Below, piece after piece: positions 10,028 to 19,119 of a stretch of DNA of 64,000 nucleotides (positions are counted from its first letter, which is position 1; each line of letters begins with the position of its first letter). Under the pieces are notes generated by a model. The model was not told the DNA's origin. It ran no database searches and saw only the letters and a list, made by a program, of their open reading frames with translations. Position numbers and translations under genes: made by a program. The DNA lies in NCBI GenBank assembly GCA_022600535.1, contig JAHZKE010000042.1, positions 10,649 to 74,648 of the forward strand, in the 5' to 3' direction. Source of the stretch: Pseudomonadota bacterium. GTDB lineage: Bacteria > Pseudomonadota > Gammaproteobacteria > Tethybacterales > Persebacteraceae.

Positions 10028-10245
10028 GTGAAGTTCAACCAAATGACTAATAAAACAATACTAACCGCTAATGCAATCATGGTGTTGAGTGCCATCTGCC
10101 CCGCCCCCATACCAGAAATAAACGACAACCCGTCGCGCGCCCCCCAATTTGCCCCCCAAACCATGGCTAACAGGTTAGCGGGTCCTGGCGTTCCTACCAT
10201 TAATGCTACAAATAAAATTAGCGCAATGAATGTATCTACTGGCAT
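10024..10245 (-). pseudogene. N-terminal 73-aa remnant of a LysE/RhtB-type amino-acid exporter
   Basis: 'FVALMVGTPGPANLLAMVWGANWGARDGLSFISGMGAGQ' matches the first two helices and the PGP motif of the LysE/RhtB family. It stops after 73 aa, against ~200 aa for the family. It abuts the EIIA gene, leaving no room for the remainder. Confidence 0.4.
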
Positions 10246-10274
10246 AATATCTACATTCTAACAAATTTTTATCC

Positions 10275-11312
10275 ATGCCTTTATTTGCAACTGCTGTTGT
10301 CCGCTGGCAAAAAAAGTACGGCAGGCACAATCTTCCTTGGCAACAAGACAACGATGCTTACAAAGTATGGCTATCGGAAATCATGTTGCAACAAACGCAG
10401 GTTACGGCGGTCATTCCTTATTATCTTAATTTTCTCCGCCGTTTCCCCACGCTTGCGGTATTGGCGCGGGCGCACGAGAGCAGTGTATTGGCGGCGTGGA
10501 GCGGGCTTGGCTATTATGCTCGCGCCCGTAATTTACATGCGGCAGCAAAGCAGATGTTGCGTGACGGAATCCCGCAGGATGCGGCGGGTTGGCAAGCGTT
10601 GCCCGGGGTAGGAAAAAGCACCGCGGCGGCAGTGGCGGTATTTGTTAATAATGAGCGTTGCGCTATTTTAGATGGCAATGTTAAGCGGGTGTTAGCACGC
10701 ACGCATTTGTGTGATGAATTAATTAACACTGCCGCCGGTGAAGAAGCGTTATGGCAAATTGCCAACGCGCAACTGCCCGCCAAACGCGCCAAACAAGACA
10801 TCCGCGCCTATACACAGGGGCTAATGGATTTAGGCGCAAATTGTTGCCGCCCGAAACAACCCTTGTGCGCGCAATGTCCGTTAACGGCACATTGCTTGGC
10901 ATATCAAAGCGATGTTGTCGCGGATTATCCGAAACGGCGACAAGCGGCGGCAAAAAAAGAAAAAACAGCACATTTTGTATTAATCCGCGCACAGAGCAAC
11001 GATAACAAAGAAACTCTGCTATTGCAAAAGCAAGCAAGTAAAGGGATTTGGGGCGGCTTGTGGTCGTTACCGTTGTATGCAAATGGTAAAGACCACTGGC
11101 AACAGTTAGTCGGCGCGCCACTAACGGCAGAAGGGACAAGTTCTTTTACTCACACGTTCACCCATTTTCGTTTAACAGCAACGGTATCGCATTACCGCTG
11201 TACTGTGTCATCAGTGCCATTGGTAGCGCTTGCTCCGCCCCTACGCTGGTGCAACAAATCGCTATCGCTTGCCCTCCCTGCCCCCATTAAGACATTACTA
11301 CAACAATGTTAA
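10275..11312 (+). CDS. mutY: A/G-specific adenine DNA glycosylase
   Basis: HhH-GPD glycosylase N-terminus 'YKVWLSEIMLQQTQVTAVIPYY', the 4Fe-4S Cys cluster 'CCRPKQPLCAQCPLTAHC' and a NUDIX-like C-terminal domain. Length is 345 aa. Confidence 0.9.
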   Translation: MPLFATAVVRWQKKYGRHNLPWQQDNDAYKVWLSEIMLQQTQVTAVIPYYLNFLRRFPTLAVLARAHESSVLAAWSGLGYYARARNLHAAAKQMLRDGIPQDAAGWQALPGVGKSTAAAVAVFVNNERCAILDGNVKRVLARTHLCDELINTAAGEEALWQIANAQLPAKRAKQDIRAYTQGLMDLGANCCRPKQPLCAQCPLTAHCLAYQSDVVADYPKRRQAAAKKEKTAHFVLIRAQSNDNKETLLLQKQASKGIWGGLWSLPLYANGKDHWQQLVGAPLTAEGTSSFTHTFTHFRLTATVSHYRCTVSSVPLVALAPPLRWCNKSLSLALPAPIKTLLQQC

Positions 11313-11393
11313 GGAGAATAGGGGCAGAGCAGTTGCAAAACGGCGGTAAATAAAGGATAATAACGCTTTTCAATCTTATTTAAATTTTTACCG

Positions 11394-11702
11394 ATGGCAA
11401 ATTCTCCTCAATCTATCAAACGCGCTCGTCAAGCAGATGTTCGGCGCAAGCGCAATCAAGGTGTTAACACCAAGTTTCGTACTATGGTCAAACGCGCCCG
11501 TAGCGATGTTACCGATGCCGAAACCGGAAAAACAATGTTCTCCGACATGCAAGCTGCTGCTGATGTTGCCGCGCGTAAGGGGATTATCCACCCGCGTAAA
11601 GCATCGCGCTTAAAGCAACGCATCAACAAAAGTATTCGCCTGCAACTCGCCAACAAGGCAGACGCACCTGCCGCGGTAGAAAAAAAAGCCGAAAAGAAGT
11701 AA
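11394..11702 (+). CDS. rpsT: 30S ribosomal protein S20
   Basis: 'MANSPQSIKRARQADVRRKRNQ...' is the canonical S20. Length is 102 aa. Confidence 0.95.
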   Translation: MANSPQSIKRARQADVRRKRNQGVNTKFRTMVKRARSDVTDAETGKTMFSDMQAAADVAARKGIIHPRKASRLKQRINKSIRLQLANKADAPAAVEKKAEKK

Positions 11703-11714
11703 CTTCGCTTGCCT

Positions 11715-11933
11715 TCAACGCAGACGCGTTGATAAAATCGCAATCCGTTGCGATAATTCTCTTACCGCTTCTAACAAACCGACATCTTCCGCTTGCGGAT
11801 TGATAATTTTCAGGTCCCGCACTAACTGGTTGCTATCTTTCAGCGCTGCCGCTAAATTATTCATCGCCACTGCCAGCTGTAACATATCGCTTGCTTCTTT
11901 TGCTTGCGTTTCTTCTATAATTTTATCTGCCAT
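11715..11933 (-). CDS. Hypothetical small protein (72 aa), predicted alpha-helical
   Basis: ORF directly 3' of waaA on the same strand with an 11-nt overlap. No recognisable motif. Confidence 0.3.
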   Translation of the reverse strand: MADKIIEETQAKEASDMLQLAVAMNNLAAALKDSNQLVRDLKIINPQAEDVGLLEAVRELSQRIAILSTRLR

Positions 11934-13173
11934 CTGTTGCCTCTCTTACAGCTAATAAACGCTGTAATAATATTAAGTGTTGTTCCAATGCGCCGCCGCA
12001 TTTTTGATAAAACTGCTTTGCCGCCGCTTTCATATTGGCACACGCCGCTTGATCGCTCAATAATTGCCGCGCCTGCTGTAGGGCAGCGGTAGCATCGGCA
12101 ACTTGTACCAATGCCCCCGCCCGCACCGCTTGTTTGACCAAACGGGCGTAATTTTCCATATACGGGCCGACAATAATCGCTCCGTTTCCCTGCATGGCTT
12201 CTATCGGGTTTTGTCCACCGTAGGGTAAAAAACTGCCGCCAATAATAGCAATATCGCAGGCGGCATACCATTTGTGCATTTCCCCTAAGGTATCGGCAAG
12301 ATACAACTGACAATCGGCGTTAGGGGTCAGTTGTTCGCTACGCAGTTGGCATTGCAGTTGCTGTTGTTGGCACAATGCGACTAATTCATCGCGGCGATGC
12401 GGATGGCGCGGTGCCAAAATAAAAAACGCCTTGTCTTTATTTGGGTTGCCTTTGTTTGCCGTCAAGAATAGGCGTTCCTCTCCTTGACGCGTGGCGGCTA
12501 AGAGTATGGTTTCTTTCGCACACAAGCGCGGTTTTTCTACCACCGGAGCAGCGGGAAGGTCAAATTTTAAATTCCCCGTTGTTTGCACATGACGTGCACC
12601 ATAACAACGCAAGCGCCCGGCATCGCGCTCGGTTTGTGCGGCAATAATGTCAAAACAACTGACCATACGCCGCATTAGCAGAGCAATGTAACGATAGCGG
12701 CGAGCGTTTTTTGTTCCCAAACGCGCATTTGCCAACATCAGGCGTATGCCACTGGCTTTTGCTACCGATAACAAGTTATACCAGTATTCTGCTTCCATAA
12801 CAATCCCGGCAACGGGACGCGTGCGGCGAAAAAATAAACGTACGGCGGCAGGTAAATCTAAGGGAAGTGCCGTAATCAGCGCTTCGGGGTAATGTTGGCG
12901 TAACCAATCGCGCGCTGCTGGTGTGGTGTAGGTAAGTAACAGGCGGTAGCCGTCTGCTTGCATCTGTTTTGCTAATTCTGCGGCGGCAATGGCTTCGCCC
13001 AACGATACGCTGTGTATCCACAACAGTGGTTGTTTGCTGTTATTGGGCGGGCAAAAACCGAAATATTCGCGCCACGGCACTGCCCCCGAACCGCGATAAC
13101 GTTTGTAAAGCCGCCACAGTGCGTAAGGCGTGCTGAGTAAGATAAGTGTGTTATACAATAAGCGGTTGAGCAT
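11923..13173 (-). CDS. waaA: 3-deoxy-D-manno-octulosonic acid (Kdo) transferase
   Basis: 416 aa. 'LWIHSVSLGEAIAAAELAK' matches the WaaA/KdtA N-terminal signature, and the C-terminal GT-B fold has the shape 'E..LEA..LG.PV'. Confidence 0.9.
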   Translation of the reverse strand: MLNRLLYNTLILLSTPYALWRLYKRYRGSGAVPWREYFGFCPPNNSKQPLLWIHSVSLGEAIAAAELAKQMQADGYRLLLTYTTPAARDWLRQHYPEALITALPLDLPAAVRLFFRRTRPVAGIVMEAEYWYNLLSVAKASGIRLMLANARLGTKNARRYRYIALLMRRMVSCFDIIAAQTERDAGRLRCYGARHVQTTGNLKFDLPAAPVVEKPRLCAKETILLAATRQGEERLFLTANKGNPNKDKAFFILAPRHPHRRDELVALCQQQQLQCQLRSEQLTPNADCQLYLADTLGEMHKWYAACDIAIIGGSFLPYGGQNPIEAMQGNGAIIVGPYMENYARLVKQAVRAGALVQVADATAALQQARQLLSDQAACANMKAAAKQFYQKCGGALEQHLILLQRLLAVREATDGR

Positions 13174-13181
13174 TGCACCGA

Positions 13182-14228
13182 TTATTTTTTTAATTTTAAA
13201 GTGGCTACTTGCGGCGGGGGGTCGTTGTCATCGCTTGTTCGCGGCGGTGCGCTGTCGGGGTTAATTTCCGCGTTTGTGGCAACATCGCTATTTTCTGCAT
13301 TATTTGTTGCCCCCTCATCTACTAACAGCGGCAAAGCATCTGCCAATGCCGACGGGGTAGTAATGCTGATTGCCCGTTGTGGTATGTCTTTCCCACTGCC
13401 GATAAATAAATTGGGAATGCCCACTGCCGCAGCAAGTGCTGAGACAACACCATTGCCAACGGCGATTTTCGCTGATTGTAATGCTCCGGTAATGTCTTCG
13501 GCGCGCATGGTGGGTTGCTCTTCTAACACCAACACCGATAAGTTGCTTTCTTTAACCAATGTCATAAACGGCGCCGGCACTCTACCACCAACGACAATAT
13601 AGGGTTGTTGTGGAATCATTTCGGGGGCGGGATACGTATTAAAACACCAATCTAACGGGATCCCATCAGTCGCGGGAGAATAAGAAAAATGGCGTGCCGC
13701 TAAGTGACGCATGCGACTACTATTGCTCATTTCGCCTTTGATGTGATAGGTTTCGTGTGCACTAAGATATGAAATTTTTGATGTTTTATCAATATTTTGC
13801 ACGTCAAAGCCAATAATCTGTTTAGTTTTTGCCACTTTACTAACGGCAATGCTAAAAGGGGAAAAATCAAAATCAAATACCGCATCGTATTCGGTAATGC
13901 GTAAATCTTTGCTCATGTTCCAATACGCTTGGACATTCCTACCGGTGAGGGCGGAGAGTTTTTTAGTTGCCGAAAATAAGGTGCTACCAATGCTTGCCTT
14001 TTTTGTTTTTTCTATGCCGTGTTCGGTGTCAATCGCAGGAACAGCAATCACACGCCGAACCACGCTGCTCATAAAAACATATTCGGCACAGCTTTCCGGC
14101 ACGGCAATATCGACTTGCGTGTCTGTTCCTAACGAAAGCACTAATTCTGCTGCCACTGCCAATGTATCTACCACCCGCTCGCAACCGCCGTCACGTATTA
14201 ATAGTATTTCATGCATGATGTAATCCAT
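13182..14228 (-). CDS. Glycosyltransferase family 9 (LPS heptosyltransferase-like) with a low-complexity acidic/Pro-rich C-terminal tail
   Basis: N-terminus 'ILLIRDGGCERVVDTLAV' and C-terminal 'IAVGNGVVSALAAAVGIPNLFIGSG' match the GT9 ('GNDSGPMHLAAALG.P.V.LFGP') motif pattern. It lies next to waaA, as in LPS core clusters. The tail '...NAENSDVATNAEINPDSAPPRTSDDNDPPPQ' is atypical. Confidence 0.55.
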   Translation of the reverse strand: MDYIMHEILLIRDGGCERVVDTLAVAAELVLSLGTDTQVDIAVPESCAEYVFMSSVVRRVIAVPAIDTEHGIEKTKKASIGSTLFSATKKLSALTGRNVQAYWNMSKDLRITEYDAVFDFDFSPFSIAVSKVAKTKQIIGFDVQNIDKTSKISYLSAHETYHIKGEMSNSSRMRHLAARHFSYSPATDGIPLDWCFNTYPAPEMIPQQPYIVVGGRVPAPFMTLVKESNLSVLVLEEQPTMRAEDITGALQSAKIAVGNGVVSALAAAVGIPNLFIGSGKDIPQRAISITTPSALADALPLLVDEGATNNAENSDVATNAEINPDSAPPRTSDDNDPPPQVATLKLKK

Positions 14229-14261
14229 TATACAGAGTAATTTATAGATACCGAGAGCTAT

Positions 14262-14492
14262 TTAAATTCCCCTCCGGCGGAAGATGGCAGCACAGCTGAC
14301 GGGGTGGGATAGACAGTTGTCAAGTTTTTAGGTTGTGGCGATGGCGCTGACTGCATCAACAATATTCTCGTCATTTGCCCGATTGTTGCGTTGGTGCACA
14401 CTCTCTAAGGAGTATTTTCTTATCTACCGATTTATTGGCTGTCAGCCCACCCCCTGCCATTCGGCGCTCCCCTCCTCTCAGTGTGGAATTTA
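14262..14492. repeat. MITE-like element: ~55-bp imperfect inverted repeats flanking a ~120-bp core
   Basis: The left arm 'tatttaaattcccctccggcggaagatggcag...ggggtggg' and the right arm 'cccaccccctgccattcggcgc...gtggaatttaaaag' share the reverse-complementary blocks tttaaattcc, (a/g)atggcag and ggggtggg. No ORF lies between the arms. Confidence 0.3.
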
Positions 14493-14560
14493 AAAGTTCA
14501 AACACACTGCGCTTTTTCATTTTATAAAATACGTTTATAAAGTGTAAAATAGCGAGTTAT

Positions 14561-15046
14561 ATGCGCTTGTTAGCCATTGCCATTTTTGCTTTCTTCTCTG
14601 TGCCCGTTGCGGGGGCACAACTCTATGCCTGTCCCAAAGCAGGCGGTGGGTCAACGCTCACCAGCACGCCGACTAGTGAAGATTGCCAGTTACAACAATC
14701 CATAAAGCGCGGTGCCGAACGTCTAAAAGCACAATCGGTGCAACCCAAACAAGCCCCGAAATTAGTGCCGACACAAACAAAGAAGAAACCAGCAGCAAAG
14801 AAGAGCAGCAAAAAATACCCTGTCGTCTCCACAGCAACGCAAAAGGTGCGCGATAAAAAGCGGATGGAAATTTTGCTCTACGAATTAGAAAAAGAAGAAC
14901 AGCAACAACAAGCAACGCGCGAACACATGGAAAGTATTAATATTGAAATTCCTAAGCAAGCAGAATTACTACCGCATTTTGAAGAGAAGTTAGCGATTCA
15001 CTCACAAAATATCATCGCTATTAAGCAAGAATTAGCGCGCTTATAA
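14561..15046 (+). CDS. Hypothetical secreted Lys-rich coiled-coil protein (DUF4124-like N-terminus)
   Basis: Signal peptide, then 'AQLYACPKAGGG...TSEDC' (a Y-x-C...C pattern), a K-rich linker and a Q-rich coiled coil. Its stop overlaps the hisA start (taATGg). Confidence 0.5.
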   Translation: MRLLAIAIFAFFSVPVAGAQLYACPKAGGGSTLTSTPTSEDCQLQQSIKRGAERLKAQSVQPKQAPKLVPTQTKKKPAAKKSSKKYPVVSTATQKVRDKKRMEILLYELEKEEQQQQATREHMESINIEIPKQAELLPHFEEKLAIHSQNIIAIKQELARL

Positions 15047-15771
15047 TGGATATTATCCCGGCGATTGATTTACTAAACGGTTGTTGTGTGCGCCTTCGTC
15101 AAGGCGATTACAATGCGGTGAGCTCTTACGATGACGACCCCGCTGCTGTTGCACGGCGCTTTTTTGTCGCCGGCACCCGCCGCTTGCATGTGGTGGATTT
15201 AGACGCCGCACGCTCGGGGCAACCCGTCAACCATGCCGCGATACGAGAAATTTTAGCGGTGGCAGACGAATATCAAGCCACCGTTGAAGTCGGCGGGGGG
15301 TTGCGCACGGCGCAAGCGGTAGCGGATATTCTTGCTGCCGGTGCCGCCTATGCCATTATAGGCACGGCAGCGGTTAAAGATGCCGCCCTACGCCGCACAT
15401 TGATTGCCGATTACCCTGGGCAAATTATTGTCGGCGTGGATGTTAAAGCGGGTTATGTTGCTGTGGCGGGGTGGTGTGAAGACGGGCGCATTGGCGAAGC
15501 CGATTTTCTTGCCGAATTACACGATACACCGCCGGCGGCGATTATTTATACCGATATTAGCCGCGATGGTATGCTCACGGGCAATAATGTTGCCGCCACC
15601 ACTGCCGCCGCCGCCGCCGCCCCCTGCCCGCTGATTGCCAGCGGTGGCATTGGCAAATTAGACGATGTCCGCGCTTTGATCACTGCCGGTAATATTGCCG
15701 GGGTGGTGATTGGACAAGCCATTTATACCGGCAATTTGGATTTATCTGAAGCACTACAATTACAACAATGA
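15046..15771 (+). CDS. hisA: Phosphoribosylformimino-5-aminoimidazole carboxamide ribotide isomerase
   Basis: 'MDIIPAIDLLNGCCVRLRQGDY' is the canonical HisA N-terminus. (beta/alpha)8 Gly-rich phosphate-binding motifs 'VGGGLR' and 'ASGGIG'. Length is 241 aa. Confidence 0.85.
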   Translation: MDIIPAIDLLNGCCVRLRQGDYNAVSSYDDDPAAVARRFFVAGTRRLHVVDLDAARSGQPVNHAAIREILAVADEYQATVEVGGGLRTAQAVADILAAGAAYAIIGTAAVKDAALRRTLIADYPGQIIVGVDVKAGYVAVAGWCEDGRIGEADFLAELHDTPPAAIIYTDISRDGMLTGNNVAATTAAAAAAPCPLIASGGIGKLDDVRALITAGNIAGVVIGQAIYTGNLDLSEALQLQQ

Positions 15772-16868
15772 GCCCCAACCCAGTACTCAACCACGTTGCC
15801 ACGCAAATCCGCGAGTTACAGCCCTATCAACCCGGGCGACCGATTAGTGCAGTCATGCGCGAGCGTGGTATTCGCAATGTTGTCAAATTGGCTTCTAACG
15901 AAAATCCGCTTGGGGCGGGTCAGCAGGCATTGGCGGCAATTCACGCCATGCAGAGCAATACGCTCGCTTTGTATCCTGACGGCAATGCCACGGCATTGCG
16001 GCAAGCCATTAGCCGCCGCTTATCCGTGCCCGAGGAATGTATTATATTGGGAAATGGTTCTAATGAAATTCTTGAATTATCCGCCCATTTGATGTTGCAC
16101 CAAGGCACCGCGGCGGTTTATTCCGACCATGCTTTTATTGTTTATAAGCTCGCAACCGCGACCCGCCGTGCCGATTCTCATATTGTGCCGACTCATGAAT
16201 TTGCGCACGATCTCACTGCCATGGCGCAAGCAGCACAAGCGGATAATGTGCGCTTGATGTTTGTTGCCAACCCCAACAACCCCACCGGCACCTGGCACCC
16301 CGCGGCAAAGATTCGCCAACTGTTAGAACAAACGCCGCCGCAGGTGTTGGTGGTGTTAGATGAGGCGTATTGCGAATATACGCCGGGGGCAGATGCGACG
16401 TTAGCGCTGTTAGCAGATTTTCCCAATTTGCTCATTACGCGGACATTTTCTAAAATACATGGAATTGCCGGCTTACGCGCCGGCTACGCGATTGCCGATG
16501 CCGAAGTGGTGCAAATGTTCAATCGCATTCGCCAACCATTCAACATGAATGTCGCCGCCCAGATTGCTGCCGAAGCAGCGTTAGGTGATAGCGAACATGT
16601 AGAAAACAGCATCCGCACGAATGCCGAAGGGATGGAATTATTAACGACTGCACTGGGGCAATTAGAGGTTCCGTTCATTCCTTCATACGGTAATTTTTTA
16701 ACTTTTCGTCCGAAAACAGCGGCTGCCGATGTTTATGAAAAAATGTTAGATAATGGTTATATCATACGGAAATTACATGAATATAACATGAGCGATTGGC
16801 TACGTGTTACGATTGGCAACGCAGAACAAAACCAACAAGTCATCCGCCTGCTCAAGCAATTTTGTTAA
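15768..16868 (+). CDS. hisC: Histidinol-phosphate aminotransferase
   Basis: Class-II aminotransferase. 'LASNENPLG' substrate motif and a PLP-lysine context 'RTFSKIHGIAGLRAGY'. Length is 366 aa. Confidence 0.9.
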   Translation: MSPNPVLNHVATQIRELQPYQPGRPISAVMRERGIRNVVKLASNENPLGAGQQALAAIHAMQSNTLALYPDGNATALRQAISRRLSVPEECIILGNGSNEILELSAHLMLHQGTAAVYSDHAFIVYKLATATRRADSHIVPTHEFAHDLTAMAQAAQADNVRLMFVANPNNPTGTWHPAAKIRQLLEQTPPQVLVVLDEAYCEYTPGADATLALLADFPNLLITRTFSKIHGIAGLRAGYAIADAEVVQMFNRIRQPFNMNVAAQIAAEAALGDSEHVENSIRTNAEGMELLTTALGQLEVPFIPSYGNFLTFRPKTAAADVYEKMLDNGYIIRKLHEYNMSDWLRVTIGNAEQNQQVIRLLKQFC

Positions 16869-16873
16869 CCCCG

Positions 16874-17773
16874 ATGCCCCCTACCACCGCTACCGCCGCC
16901 GCTAACAATTTACACTTAGGTATTGTCGGCTTGGGGCTGATTGGCGGCTCGTTAGCGTTAGCTGCCAAACGGGCGGGTTGGCAAGTAAGTGCTTATAATC
17001 GCACTGCCGCCAGTAGTACCGCTGCCGTCAATGATGGTTATATTGATTGTTGTGTCAATCGTATCGGCGATTTAGGCAACTGCGATGTTATCTTTTTGGG
17101 AGTGCCGGTCAGTACTTACGATGAAATCCTCGCCGAGTTGCAACCGGTATTATCGCCCCGCAGTATTGTTACTGATGGCGGCAGCACGAAACAGGATGGC
17201 ATTGCCGCGGCAAAACGACAATTAGGCGATTTAGCGTGCCGTTTTGTCGCCGCTCACCCGATTGCAGGAAAAGAAGCAAGCGGTTGGACGGCAGCCAGTG
17301 CCGATTTATTTGTCAATCATCTCACCATTTTATGCCCCAATGGCGCCGATGAAGATGCCATTGCCACGGTAACAATGTTGTGGCAACAGGCAGGGGCGCA
17401 GATTCACACCATGAGCGCGGAATTACACGATACGAATTTGGCAATGATTAGCCACTTGCCGCATTTATTAGCATACGCCTTGGTGAGTATGATTGATAAA
17501 CAAGAAGAAAACGCTAAATTATTGCAGTTTGCCGCCGGTGGTTTTCGTGATTTCACCCGTATTGCCAGCTCCCACCCGGAAATGTGGCGGGATATTTGCC
17601 TCGCCAATGCCGACAATTTACTACCCATGATTGAATGCTATCAGCAAGAGCTTGCTGAATTTGCCGATTATATTAAAAATCAAGACAGTCAAGCGTTATC
17701 CACACGCTTTGCTGCCGCCCGTTCCCTACGTCAACAATGGCTCAACACGCTAAAAGATAATGAAACTATTTAA
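16874..17773 (+). CDS. tyrA: Prephenate/arogenate dehydrogenase
   Basis: Rossmann motif 'LGIVGLGLIGGSLALA' and the TyrA catalytic His region 'HPIAGKE'. Start chosen at the ATG after the hisC stop; the track ORF begins at 16796 and would overlap hisC. Confidence 0.85.
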   Translation: MPPTTATAAANNLHLGIVGLGLIGGSLALAAKRAGWQVSAYNRTAASSTAAVNDGYIDCCVNRIGDLGNCDVIFLGVPVSTYDEILAELQPVLSPRSIVTDGGSTKQDGIAAAKRQLGDLACRFVAAHPIAGKEASGWTAASADLFVNHLTILCPNGADEDAIATVTMLWQQAGAQIHTMSAELHDTNLAMISHLPHLLAYALVSMIDKQEENAKLLQFAAGGFRDFTRIASSHPEMWRDICLANADNLLPMIECYQQELAEFADYIKNQDSQALSTRFAAARSLRQQWLNTLKDNETI

Positions 17774-19088
17774 CATCACCCCGGGCCACGATATTAGTGG
17801 CGAAATCCGCGTTGCTTCCGATAAATCAATTACGCATCGCGCTTTGTTACTCTCAGCACTATGTACTGAACCAACCGAAATTATCAGCCCGCTCTTGAGC
17901 GAAGACACTTACGCGACAATCAATGCAGTGCGCGCTTGCGGCATTGAAATAACACAAGAAGAAGGCAAAGAATTAGTTGTTAAAGGCGGGGTTTTATCTG
18001 CCCCTAACGGCACGATTGATTGCGGCAACTCGGGCACATTAATACGCTTGTTTTGCGGGATTGCCGTCGGTAGAAATTTATCCTGCAAATTGGTCGGCGA
18101 TGCCTCCTTAATGCAACGCCCGATGAAGCGGATAACCGAACCCTTGCAAGAGATGGGGGCGGTCATTAACAGTGAAAAAGGCAAACCCCCGATTGTGTTG
18201 GGCGAACGCAGTGAAGCATTACGCGGCATCATGCACAGTAATATCGTCAATAGCGCACAGGTAAAAACATCCCTGTTACTCGCAGGGTTGTATGCCGAAG
18301 GAAACACGATCATTGCCGAACCCATCCCCAGCCGCGACCACGGCGAATTGATGTTAATTGAGTTTGGTGCTAAATTGTCGCGCAGTAAAGACGGCAGAAT
18401 TGTGCAAATTAACAGTGGCGAATTAACCAGCCCGGGCAATATTGCCGTGCCGGCAGATATTTCCTCGGCAGTATTTTTTATTGTTGCGGCGGCAATTGCT
18501 CCAGCAGGCGAAATTACCCTCAAAGAAGTCGGCATTAATAGTAGCCGCACCGGTGCGTTAGATATTTTGCTGCAAATGGGGGCCGATATTGATATTTTGA
18601 ATCGGCGCACGATGGGGAATGAACCGGTTGCCGACATTTGTGTCCGCAGTAGTCAGTTGCATGGAATTAAAATCGGCGCCGAGATGATTCCTTCCGCGAT
18701 TGATGACATCCCGGCATTGCTGATTGCCGCCGCCGCCGCCCGCGGCGAAACTCATATCACCGGCGCCGGCGAATTGCGCCACAAAGAAAGCGACCGCATT
18801 AGCAGCATGGTAACCGGGTTGCAAGAATTAGGAATAAATTGCACCGAACTCCCCGATGGCGTGATTGTGCAAGGAAAAAACAGTGGCAAACCCATCTTCA
18901 ACAGCGGCACGGTTAATTCGGAAGGCGACCACCGTATTGCAATGGCGTTTGCAATGGCATCGGTGCGCGCTAAAGGCAACATCACCATTAGCGATACGGC
19001 AAACGTCAATACCTCTTTTCCAAATTTTACTAAACTAAGTAATTCCGTAGGGATTCGTATTGTAGAAGAATCTGACGACGATGCCTAA
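17760..19088 (+). CDS. aroA: 3-phosphoshikimate 1-carboxyvinyltransferase (EPSP synthase)
   Basis: 442 aa. 'ASDKSITHRALLLSAL' and 'LFCGIAVGRN...' match class I EPSPS. hisC-tyrA-aroA synteny as in Pseudomonas/Xanthomonas-type gammaproteobacteria. Confidence 0.95.
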   Translation: MKLFNITPGHDISGEIRVASDKSITHRALLLSALCTEPTEIISPLLSEDTYATINAVRACGIEITQEEGKELVVKGGVLSAPNGTIDCGNSGTLIRLFCGIAVGRNLSCKLVGDASLMQRPMKRITEPLQEMGAVINSEKGKPPIVLGERSEALRGIMHSNIVNSAQVKTSLLLAGLYAEGNTIIAEPIPSRDHGELMLIEFGAKLSRSKDGRIVQINSGELTSPGNIAVPADISSAVFFIVAAAIAPAGEITLKEVGINSSRTGALDILLQMGADIDILNRRTMGNEPVADICVRSSQLHGIKIGAEMIPSAIDDIPALLIAAAAARGETHITGAGELRHKESDRISSMVTGLQELGINCTELPDGVIVQGKNSGKPIFNSGTVNSEGDHRIAMAFAMASVRAKGNITISDTANVNTSFPNFTKLSNSVGIRIVEESDDDA

Positions 19089-19119
19089 AATTTATCGGTA
19101 AATTACCGACACGGTTGGC

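Noticed and set aside
17909-18637. 242-aa ORF antisense to aroA
   Set aside because: Entirely inside the EPSP synthase gene on the opposite strand. Low-complexity Ser/Pro/Ile composition, no start context. Antisense artefact.
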